Notes: generated from the letters alone by a model not told the origin. Shown: positions 8,425 to 15,780, counted from the stretch's first letter. The stretch is 27,203 nucleotides of DNA from Minisyncoccia bacterium (GCA_044356725.1 JBIKVS010000013.1:1-27203), one strand, 5' to 3'. Numbers and translations: made by a program.

Positions 8425-8784
8425 ATGAAAAATTTGGGTATAGAGATTGTGGGTGATCTCAAGGGTATTGATAAAGTTTTTTTAGCTAATATTGATATGG
8501 ATTTACTCCAAACTCAGATATCTGAATTAATCAAGAAATTTGGGTTTAATAAACTTGGAGATTATTATCATTCATTTGAACCTGGGATTACAGGGGCTGT
8601 GGTTCTCGCTGAATCTCATATTGCCTTTCATACTTGGCCGGAGTTTGGTTATGTGAGTTTGAATGTTTTTACTTGTAATTATACTAAGGATAATGATGAC
8701 AATGCCAAAGGGCTATTCGATGAAATTGCTAAAATCTTCCAGCCAACTGAAATTGATAAACAAATTGTAATTAGAAATCATTAG
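8425..8784 (+). CDS. speD: Pyruvoyl-dependent S-adenosylmethionine decarboxylase family proenzyme (class 1b SpeD/SpeH type)
   Basis: H.FEPG.TG.VVLAESHIAFHTWPE.G...NVFTC, with the ES self-cleavage site. Confidence 0.88.
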   Translation: MKNLGIEIVGDLKGIDKVFLANIDMDLLQTQISELIKKFGFNKLGDYYHSFEPGITGAVVLAESHIAFHTWPEFGYVSLNVFTCNYTKDNDDNAKGLFDEIAKIFQPTEIDKQIVIRNH

Positions 8785-8785
8785 A
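8746..8785 (+). repeat. Direct repeat copy 1 (speD 3' end)
   Basis: ACTGAAATTGATAAACAAATTGTAATTAGAAATCATTAGA, 38/40 identical to 10632-10671. Confidence 0.95.
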
Positions 8786-9006
8786 AGAATAAAAATTAGC
8801 CATTAATTTGATTTTATATAATCATATACACAAGATATCTTGATTATTAAAAACTTAATATCTATAACATGATATGAATATATGGTTGCTTCGACCCCAA
8901 ATTAAACTTAAAAACAACCCCTTAAAACAATCTATATGACTTAAATTAAGCTTAAACACAAAATATTCTATAGTGAATATAAACTTAATTTTAATAGATC
9001 ATAGTT

Positions 9007-9075
9007 TTTAAAGTGAATTTAAAGTGAACAAATTAAACATTTGATATTGCATATATTTTTATTATATATTATAGT
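9007..9075 (+). promoter_or_regulatory. Fasciclin gene promoter with upstream 11-bp tandem repeat
   Basis: TTTAAAGTGAA x2 (9007-9028). TTGCAT (9047-9052), 17 bp spacer, TATAGT (9070-9075). Confidence 0.55.
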
Positions 9076-9107
9076 AAAAATGTATTAATAATTAACATAT
9101 TAAAAAT

Positions 9108-9746
9108 ATGAAGTCATTAAAGCAAAGTATTGCCCTGTCATTATTAGTTTTTGCTCTTGTGTTAAGCCCTATTTATGCAAGTGCTGCTACAGACACAATA
9201 ACTGGTTTGTTAAACAAAACAAGTGATTTATCTACTCTTAAAACTCTTGTTGGTTTAGCAAGTTTAGATGGAGCCTTAGATAGCACTTCGTCTCAGTACA
9301 CTGTATTTGCACCCAAAGATTCTGCTTTTGCAGCTTTACCTAAATCAGTTACTGATGCACTAGTAAAACCTGAGAATAAAACTGTTCTTGCTGGAATTCT
9401 AAAATATCATGTTATTCCTAGTAAAATTCTTTCTACAGACCTAGCTGCAGATCAAACTGTAACTACTTTAAACGGAGATACCTTGGTTGTAAAAAAAGCA
9501 GACGGTAAAGTTACTATAACAGATAAAACTGGTGGTGTTTCAACTGTAACTACAGCTGATGTAGAAGCTACAAATGGAGTAGTTCATATTGTAGATAAGG
9601 TTCTTCTTGATAAAGCATATGATTTCTCTACTCCAACAAAATTACATGATACAGGTATAAACTTAATTGTTCCTGCGGTTGTAAGTGGTTTATTACTTCT
9701 AGTTGCAGTATTTGTATATACTAGAAAGTCTTCTTCAAAAATATAA
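9108..9746 (+). CDS. Fasciclin (FAS1) domain surface protein with signal peptide and LPxTG-like sorting signal
   Basis: Signal peptide ending ASA-A. FAS1 H1 (YTVFAPKDSAF), ILKYHVI and H2 (ATNGVVHIVDKVL). C-terminal LHDTG, TM helix and RKSSSK tail. Confidence 0.93.
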   Translation: MKSLKQSIALSLLVFALVLSPIYASAATDTITGLLNKTSDLSTLKTLVGLASLDGALDSTSSQYTVFAPKDSAFAALPKSVTDALVKPENKTVLAGILKYHVIPSKILSTDLAADQTVTTLNGDTLVVKKADGKVTITDKTGGVSTVTTADVEATNGVVHIVDKVLLDKAYDFSTPTKLHDTGINLIVPAVVSGLLLLVAVFVYTRKSSSKI

Positions 9747-9761
9747 TTTTGTATCTATAAA

Positions 9762-9805
9762 AATTAAAAAGAGGTTTTTATTAATACTAAAACCTCTTTT
9801 TAATT
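9762..9805. terminator. 17-bp-stem hairpin between fasciclin and sortase (terminator/attenuator)
   Basis: AATTAAAAAGAGGTTTT ... AAAACCTCTTTTTAATT. Confidence 0.7.
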
Positions 9806-9829
9806 AAAATTTTAACCTAAATAATAATT

Positions 9830-10468
9830 ATGAGGCCCAGATTTCTAAAAATTGCAAATACATTTTTATTAATACTTATTATTATAACTACTGTATATAT
9901 TATATCATCTCCATTTTTAATTAAATTATTTAAAAATGATGTTTCTAACACCTATTCTCAAGAATCTAAGGTGTCAAAAGAAATATCTAATACTGTCATT
10001 AAAGATCCTGTAATTTTAAACCCTAATCAAAACAAATCCAAAGAGCGACCTCCAGCTGATAAAAATAATGCTGATCCAAATTTTAATATAACTATGTCAT
10101 CTCTTAATTTAAATTCTAAGCTTTTCACCAGTACCAGCAGTAAAGATTTAAATAAAGGCATTTGGCATAGGAGTAGTTCTGGGAACCCTCTTTCTGGAGG
10201 AAATATGGTTATAACTGCTCACAGATTTTTGTATACTGGAAATAATAATACTTTTTATAATCTACCTAATATAAAATTAGACGATACTATAGTAATAACA
10301 TGGGAAGGTAAACAGTATGACTATAAGGTAACAAATTTATTTGAGGTAACACCTGATGCAGTTGAAATTGAAGCTCCTACAGAAGAACATATACTAACTC
10401 TTTACACTTGTACGCCTCTTTGGACTAGTGCTAAACGTTTTGTAGTACAAGCTAAGCCTATACTTTAA
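9830..10468 (+). CDS. Sortase (class D/E-like)
   Basis: N-terminal TM anchor and catalytic triad: GNMVITAHR (His), LTLYTCTP (Cys), KRFVV (Arg). Confidence 0.93.
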   Translation: MRPRFLKIANTFLLILIIITTVYIISSPFLIKLFKNDVSNTYSQESKVSKEISNTVIKDPVILNPNQNKSKERPPADKNNADPNFNITMSSLNLNSKLFTSTSSKDLNKGIWHRSSSGNPLSGGNMVITAHRFLYTGNNNTFYNLPNIKLDDTIVITWEGKQYDYKVTNLFEVTPDAVEIEAPTEEHILTLYTCTPLWTSAKRFVVQAKPIL

Positions 10469-10474
10469 TATTTT

Positions 10475-10570
10475 ATGAATATGTCTGAATTTAAAAAAAC
10501 TATTATATTAAGTTTTATCCTATTGATTCTAATAGCTACTGTATTAATTACTCAGTACTCTCCATTATAA
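10475..10570 (+). CDS. Unannotated 31-aa single-TM peptide (MNMSEFKKTIILSFILLILIATVLITQYSPL)
   Basis: Starts 6 bp after the sortase stop on the same strand. KK followed by an ~18-residue hydrophobic stretch. Confidence 0.5.
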   Translation: MNMSEFKKTIILSFILLILIATVLITQYSPL

Positions 10571-10631
10571 TTATATTGCTAATTGTGCTTATCTAAATTT
10601 AAATTAGTACCTTTAAATTTTGGTTTTAGCT

Positions 10632-10671
10632 ACTAAAATTGATAAGCAAATTGTAATTAGAAATCATTAGA
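10632..10671 (+). repeat. Direct repeat copy 2 (orphaned speD 3' end, TKIDKQIVIRNH*)
   Basis: ACTAAAATTGATAAGCAAATTGTAATTAGAAATCATTAGA, 38/40 identical to 8746-8785. Confidence 0.95.
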
Positions 10672-10816
10672 GTAAAAGACCCCGCCTTAAAAGGCAGGGC
10701 TTTTACTTTATATAACTATATTTTACTTCGCTCGCAAGCTCTTCGCTTGCTTTAGCTATCGGAAAATTTGGACAGTCATCCCCGCCCTTAAAAGGGTGGG
10801 GTTTTCTGTCTTTTTA
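10672..10816 (-). mobile_element. Non-autonomous IS200/IS605-family miniature element (PATE/MITE-like, 145 bp)
   Basis: Minus strand left end: TTAT|TAAAAAGACAG-AAAA-CCCCACCCTTTTAAGGGCGGGG. Right end: AAAG-CCCTGCCTTTTAAGGCGGGG-TCTT-TTAC|. The guide/cleavage pairs AAAA/TTAT and AAAG/TTAC follow the IS608 rule. Confidence 0.78.
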
Positions 10817-10854
10817 ATAAAAAATCCCCCGAGCGACGGTGCTGGAGGAGGGGA
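10816..10854 (-). terminator. Probable terminator of the minus-strand orphan gene
   Basis: Imperfect GC stem (TCCCC/CCTCC-AGC...GCT-CGGGGGA) followed by TTTTTTATT on the minus strand. Confidence 0.55.
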
Positions 10855-10875
10855 GAGGTGTGTTTGGACGATGGT

Positions 10876-11097
10876 TTACTTCACCTGAGCTGGTGCTGAA
10901 GGGAGTTGAGGGAGAGATTGATATCTCTGTAAAACTACTCCTGTGAGGACAATACCTCCTAGTGCTAGGAGGATCCAAACAATACCCCATCTACCCCAGA
11001 CAGGGTAATATGAGTAGGAGATTGGAATCTGAACAGGATCTCCAGCAACACCCCTAACATTGGGTAGTTGAACCTGAGAGTGATGCGTGATTTTCAC
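10876..11097 (-). CDS. Small orphan single-TM protein (73 aa from GTG 11097)
   Basis: Own promoter and terminator, GC-richer than flanks, TM helix WGIVWILLALGGIVLTGVVL. The ORF-track TTG start at 11154 is the -35 box. Confidence 0.6.
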   Translation of the reverse strand: MKITHHSQVQLPNVRGVAGDPVQIPISYSYYPVWGRWGIVWILLALGGIVLTGVVLQRYQSLPQLPSAPAQVK

Positions 11098-11125
11098 TGA
11101 AATAAACGAACAGATTAACATAACA

Positions 11126-11154
11126 TATATACCACAAAAATACATTTTTGTCAA
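11126..11154 (-). promoter_or_regulatory. Near-consensus sigma70 promoter with extended -10
   Basis: TTGACA (11154-11149), 17 bp spacer, TG-N-TATATA (11131-11126). Confidence 0.7.
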
Positions 11155-11237
11155 GTCAGAATAACATAAAATACACCCTTATCTTGCATATTTTAGTGAA
11201 AAGTTTATACTAAAGCTATAATTATATAATTCAAAAT

Positions 11238-12386
11238 ATGAATATTTGGAATATTATTCGCAGTCTGAAGGCTAGGGTTTTATCTATTAATCTTCCCTCT
11301 TTGATTAGTATTTATATTGATAAGAGTGCTATTTTGCATAATTTACAAGAATATAGACAAGCCTATCCTGAGTTAGAATTTGCCCCAGTGCTAAAAAGCA
11401 ATGCCTATGGTCATAGTTTGGTATCTGTAGCTAGGATTTTAGATTCTCAAAAACTCCCCTTTGTAATCGTAGATTCTTATTATGAGGCGAGATTACTGCG
11501 GGATAATAATATTAAATCCCCTATTTTGATTATTGGTTATGTAGAGCCTAATATTATATTACAGTCTAGACTTTCTAAAATTAGCTTTTGTATTACAAGC
11601 CTAGAGCAAGTAAGACTGTTAGCTCACAGTAATAATCCTATCCAATTACATCTAAAAATTGATACTGGTATGCATAGACAGGGTATTATGATCTCTGAGC
11701 TAGATGAAGTGATAAAAATTATCAAACAAAATCCTAATCTGAATCTTCAAGGCATCGCCTCGCATCTGGCTGATGCGGATAATTCTAAAAGCAAATCTGT
11801 TAAACAACAATTAAAACAATGGAAGCAAATTCAAGAGAGATTAACTCAAGCATTCCCAAATATTACTTATACTCACATCTCAGCTACAGCTGGAGTGCTT
11901 CATACTAAATCCAATAGTACTCATAATCTTGCTCGATTAGGACTAGGGCTATATGGTATTAGTATAATAAATAATCCTAAAATTAACTTAAGACCGGTTC
12001 TGAGTATGCAGACTATTATTAGTGGAGTAAAGTCTATTAAAAAAGGTGATTCTGTTGGCTATAATAATACTTTTATTGCCCCTCGAGATATTCTAATAGC
12101 TACTATACCTGCTGGCTATGCTGAGGGAGTAGATCGCAGATTATCTAATATAGGACTAGTTGAAGTAAATGGTATTCTCTGCCCAATTATTGGTCGAGTT
12201 AGTATGAATATTACAACAATTGATATCTCTGATATTCCTCAAGTAAAGTTAGGTGATACAGTCACTATAATTAGCAGTGATAACTCCTCCCCTATTTCAA
12301 TTAATAATATTGCCAAGACTTGCAGTACTATTCCTTATGAAATTTTAGCTCATATACCTGCTCATCTAAGGCGAGTATTGAGATGA
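11238..12386 (+). CDS. alr: Alanine racemase
   Basis: PLP-lysine motif VLKSNAYGH, HLKIDTGMHRQG, SHLADAD, GYAEG (catalytic Tyr), GRVSMN and TIPYEIL. Confidence 0.96.
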   Translation: MNIWNIIRSLKARVLSINLPSLISIYIDKSAILHNLQEYRQAYPELEFAPVLKSNAYGHSLVSVARILDSQKLPFVIVDSYYEARLLRDNNIKSPILIIGYVEPNIILQSRLSKISFCITSLEQVRLLAHSNNPIQLHLKIDTGMHRQGIMISELDEVIKIIKQNPNLNLQGIASHLADADNSKSKSVKQQLKQWKQIQERLTQAFPNITYTHISATAGVLHTKSNSTHNLARLGLGLYGISIINNPKINLRPVLSMQTIISGVKSIKKGDSVGYNNTFIAPRDILIATIPAGYAEGVDRRLSNIGLVEVNGILCPIIGRVSMNITTIDISDIPQVKLGDTVTIISSDNSSPISINNIAKTCSTIPYEILAHIPAHLRRVLR

Positions 12387-12397
12387 CCTTGAGATAT

Positions 12398-12772
12398 TTA
12401 GGGTTTAAGATTTAACTCTTTAATCATTAGTGGATTTAGCAGAGACTCTTTGATACATTTATCTATAAATTCTTGTAATAGATTTTTGCCTCTATTAGTT
12501 AAGCTATATATTTTCCAATTTGGACCTGAGGGATTGTGTTTATCCTCATAGGTGACTAGCCCTGACTCATATAATTTTCGCAAAGCCCGATATAAGCTCA
12601 TTCTATCTATTTGAAAGTTAGATTGACTATACTGAGACATAAATTCCTCCATTGCCTCTACTTTTTTTGGGTTGTCTCTGAGAGAGATTAATATCCAAAA
12701 GGTGGACATACTTTTCATAAAAACCTGCTTCCAGCCATTGAATAATTGTTGTTCTTGCTTAGATAATTCCAT
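12398..12772 (-). CDS. PadR-family winged-helix transcriptional regulator
   Basis: SLYRALRKL...GLV and GP..KIYSLT..GK.LL. Confidence 0.85.
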   Translation of the reverse strand: MELSKQEQQLFNGWKQVFMKSMSTFWILISLRDNPKKVEAMEEFMSQYSQSNFQIDRMSLYRALRKLYESGLVTYEDKHNPSGPNWKIYSLTNRGKNLLQEFIDKCIKESLLNPLMIKELNLKP

Positions 12773-12782
12773 AAGTATTGGA

Positions 12783-13688
12783 CTAATTAAAGAATGCTTC
12801 TGCCTTTTTAGCTGTCATAGCTTTTTCTAAGAATACTTTTTGGAATTCTTCAGGGTTATTACCATTTTTATACCAAACATATAGTGATGTGGAGACTACA
12901 ATAGAAGCTAGTACTCTATAGAATAATATAGCTATTATGGATAACATAAAGGATAAAAAAGCAAATACTATATATCCATCCCAAAATACAGTAATCCAAT
13001 TACCTTCTAATCCTTTCATACTAGTGTTAGTTATAGCAGTATTAACATCTAGACTATAAAAAATCAAAGTCCCGATTACAAATATAGCTATTAAATAAAG
13101 TACTAAGAACAGTATGGCAACTAAAGCTAAATATGATTGAGAAAATATAGAATATCCAGCTAATTTACCAAACATATCTTTATTATCTTGTAGAGTATGC
13201 TTGATAGATTTGTCAGGATTATTAATAATTGTAGCTGGGATAAGAGATGTAACGGCTGGGACTACCAAACTATAAGCTCCACCGAATATACCTGGAATCA
13301 AAGCTCCTATGGTATTAGCTCCTAAACTAAATCCAGTATAAGCTACCACCTTTGACACTGAAATTCCAGCTTTAACTGTCTTGTCCCAATATTGAAGCAG
13401 GGTTTTGGTAATCACAAATTCAAAATAATAACTAATAAAAACTCCCCATATAATAGAAAGTATGGCAGCAATCATAAGTACTAACGGAAAAACTCCATTC
13501 CAATTTCCAGCAAAGAAATCATTAAGAGCTACAGCAGAAGATTGAGATAGGATAGCTCCCCACAATATAATAATTGGAGCAATCATTATAATAAAAAATA
13601 ATATGCCTAAAAACACAATACTAGGATTATCTTTAATAGTTGTAATAGTAGCTTTAGCAATCAAGCGAACCTTAGAAAAATTGTTCAT
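12783..13688 (-). CDS. Multi-pass membrane protein of unknown function (loosely DUF6159-like)
   Basis: About 5-6 hydrophobic segments; 10-bp gap to PadR suggests co-transcription. The family guess rests on N-terminal resemblance only. Confidence 0.7.
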   Translation of the reverse strand: MNNFSKVRLIAKATITTIKDNPSIVFLGILFFIIMIAPIIILWGAILSQSSAVALNDFFAGNWNGVFPLVLMIAAILSIIWGVFISYYFEFVITKTLLQYWDKTVKAGISVSKVVAYTGFSLGANTIGALIPGIFGGAYSLVVPAVTSLIPATIINNPDKSIKHTLQDNKDMFGKLAGYSIFSQSYLALVAILFLVLYLIAIFVIGTLIFYSLDVNTAITNTSMKGLEGNWITVFWDGYIVFAFLSFMLSIIAILFYRVLASIVVSTSLYVWYKNGNNPEEFQKVFLEKAMTAKKAEAFFN

Positions 13689-13716
13689 AATAGATAAACT
13701 TATTTATTATACATTA

Positions 13717-13745
13717 AGTATAATACATTTGGTAAATATTGTCAA
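13717..13745 (-). promoter_or_regulatory. Sigma70 promoter of the membrane protein-PadR operon
   Basis: TTGACA (13745-13740), 17 bp spacer, TATACT (13722-13717). Confidence 0.75.
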
Positions 13746-13816
13746 GAGCTTTAGATAAGATTTGAGGTTATTGTAAGAATGTGTTATTTTATAAGAGTTG
13801 TCCAAAAATTCAAAAC

Positions 13817-13996
13817 ATGGATGATTCTAAATTCGTTCTACTAGGTACATACACTCCTGAAGAAACAGACCCTATAACTAGTACTTGGGATTCTTTTAGA
13901 CAAGAACCTTCTACTGATCAACCTGGTTTAGTAACTATATATGTATGTCCAGAAGAAAAAGACTGGAGAGAAAAACAATGCAGTTCAGATATTTGA
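13817..13996 (+). CDS. Small acidic orphan protein (59 aa from ATG 13817)
   Basis: Sits alone between minus-strand genes and is followed by a strong terminator. ATG is preferred over the upstream GTG at 13781. Confidence 0.55.
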   Translation: MDDSKFVLLGTYTPEETDPITSTWDSFRQEPSTDQPGLVTIYVCPEEKDWREKQCSSDI

Positions 13997-14010
13997 AATC
14001 ATCTCCCCCC

Positions 14011-14040
14011 GCCCCGCACTAGACGGGGCTTTTTATTTTT
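14011..14040 (+). terminator. Rho-independent terminator
   Basis: GCCCCG-CACTAGA-CGGGGC followed by TTTTTATTTTT. Confidence 0.85.
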
Positions 14041-14066
14041 TGAGGACTATACTTTTTAAACTTATT

Positions 14067-15056
14067 TTAATTTGCAATATATTTTTTATTGATATTAACT
14101 GAGGCATAACCAAGTCCAATAAATATAAACCCTAAAAAGACTAGTGATATCGGCCATCCGAGTGAATTAGCAAAATATTCACTCGTAATATATGAAATAT
14201 GGGCAATAAGGAAAAGCGTACTTATAACAAGGATACTTCTACTTTTTAGGTATATAGATAGGTATACACTTCCAAATACAAGAATAAAGTAAAGTAACTG
14301 CCATAAGACTGAATCAAAGACCTGTGAAAATGAAGCCCCAAGAAATCCTATAATACCAAAAAAATTAAGTACCGCAATAAGTGGTTTGTTCCAACCATCA
14401 CGAAAAGCATATGCGAGCAATATATAGCTTATACCTATTATTATGGTTATATATGAATACAGATCTCTATAAAAATAATATGATGATGACGTCTCTACAA
14501 CTGACTGTATAAAAGAATATATGAAAGCCGTCCCATTAGCTATTGTAAAAAATGTTAAAATAGGACTTTTATGTACATAATTTAGCAATAGATAGAACAT
14601 AAAAATAACTGCAAATGTAATTGTAACAGGCCAAAAGGAAAACACCTCATTACTTAATTCTGAAAGTGTTACCAATGCCCCACCTGGAATCAATAAACCA
14701 CCAATAGCATGAAAAACATTTCCAATATTGTCATTTGGCTTACTCTTGAGTAGAGTTGATCCGATAGCAGTAGTTAACATTCCAAGACCTAAAGTAACTA
14801 CTATACGTCCAAAAGATCCAATGTCATACCAAATTTGAGAGACAAAAATAATAATCCCAATAACCACAATAGCAGCACCTAACACATAAAGCATTTTTGT
14901 TATAGAAAAAGGAGTAAATTTTTTAGGATTTTCTGGTGTAGATATACTTTGTTGTGATGTAGGTATAAGATTAAAACTTGTTACTATTTCTTCAGGACTT
15001 ATTTCTCCTGAACTTAATTTCATAGAGAGTTCGTGTAATAATTCTTCTTTATTCAT
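14067..15056 (-). CDS. DUF2157-like multi-pass membrane protein
   Basis: N-terminal GEIS.EE and LYVLGA.IV..GII.FV...W motifs, followed by about 11 TM helices. Confidence 0.75.
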   Translation of the reverse strand: MNKEELLHELSMKLSSGEISPEEIVTSFNLIPTSQQSISTPENPKKFTPFSITKMLYVLGAAIVVIGIIIFVSQIWYDIGSFGRIVVTLGLGMLTTAIGSTLLKSKPNDNIGNVFHAIGGLLIPGGALVTLSELSNEVFSFWPVTITFAVIFMFYLLLNYVHKSPILTFFTIANGTAFIYSFIQSVVETSSSYYFYRDLYSYITIIIGISYILLAYAFRDGWNKPLIAVLNFFGIIGFLGASFSQVFDSVLWQLLYFILVFGSVYLSIYLKSRSILVISTLFLIAHISYITSEYFANSLGWPISLVFLGFIFIGLGYASVNINKKYIAN

Positions 15057-15078
15057 AAATTTAGATAAATATTAATAA

Positions 15079-15657
15079 TTAATTTCTTCCTGGTAAAACC
15101 CAACCAATAAACTGAAAATGATATCTATAATAATACTGATCATAGTCATATATGAGATTTAGTTTCTTTTTAATTTCTCCCCTTGTGAGATAATACCCAT
15201 ATGTAGAAGAGCTCCCGCCAAATATAAAGAAGTCCCCGCCTCCGCTCCAATTACCAGTAACAGCAACTCCATCAGGGGATTTTTCAAAATTATTCAATGT
15301 CAAAGTCTGAGCTTCTTCAAAGGCTATTTCTCTACTCTCATTTTTTTCTGTATCATGTAAAATAATTCTGGTTGTATAATTTTCATTAATATCTGGTGTT
15401 GTATTATTATCTGAATCCAATGTTGGATCTATATTATTTATAACAATTCTATTGTTTACAACAGAGTAACGTTTTTGAATGTAGTTATTACAGTTATTAT
15501 ATCTATAATTATTTTCAGCACAAATTATATAGACAAAATTATATTTAGTTGATAGAAAAAGTGATGGGATATAAATACTCAAAGCCACTCCAATTATTAG
15601 TAGGATTGGTAATGAAAAAGCAATTAATATTACGATATTCTGTTTTATAAATTTCAT
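15079..15657 (-). CDS. Membrane-anchored hypothetical protein
   Basis: N-terminal TM helix and a soluble domain ending FQFIGWV; operonic with the DUF2157-like gene. Confidence 0.75.
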   Translation of the reverse strand: MKFIKQNIVILIAFSLPILLIIGVALSIYIPSLFLSTKYNFVYIICAENNYRYNNCNNYIQKRYSVVNNRIVINNIDPTLDSDNNTTPDINENYTTRIILHDTEKNESREIAFEEAQTLTLNNFEKSPDGVAVTGNWSGGGDFFIFGGSSSTYGYYLTRGEIKKKLNLIYDYDQYYYRYHFQFIGWVLPGRN

Positions 15658-15780
15658 ATTGTTAATTTATATTATTACATAAATACATTATCATAAATGT
15701 ATCTTCAGTGTAAAGTAGATTATAATGTCCTGAAAAACTATTAGTGGCTATTGATCTTTCCTGGAGAAGCTAACTAAACC

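Larger units (their letters stand above)
8786..10631 (+). mobile_element. Integrase-free islet between duplicated speD 3' ends, carrying fasciclin, sortase and a small TM peptide
   Basis: Bounded by the 40-bp direct repeats. Self-contained promoter and genes; no recombinase inside. Confidence 0.65.

Noticed and set aside
8874-8939. 21-aa ORF (MNIWLLRPQIKLKNNPLKQSI) and a TTCGACCC tRNA-like snippet inside the islet
   Set aside because: No expression signals and no cloverleaf. The short matches to nearby proteins look coincidental.
10595-10620. AAATTTAAA-N8-TTTAAATTT as a tyrosine-recombinase site at the islet edge
   Set aside because: All-AT arms are likely by chance, and no matching site was found at the other boundary.
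11112-11140. dif/XerD-like arm TTATGTTAATC; a similar weak hit lies near 6063-6090
   Set aside because: No convincing XerC arm, and this hit overlaps a promoter in AT-rich DNA.
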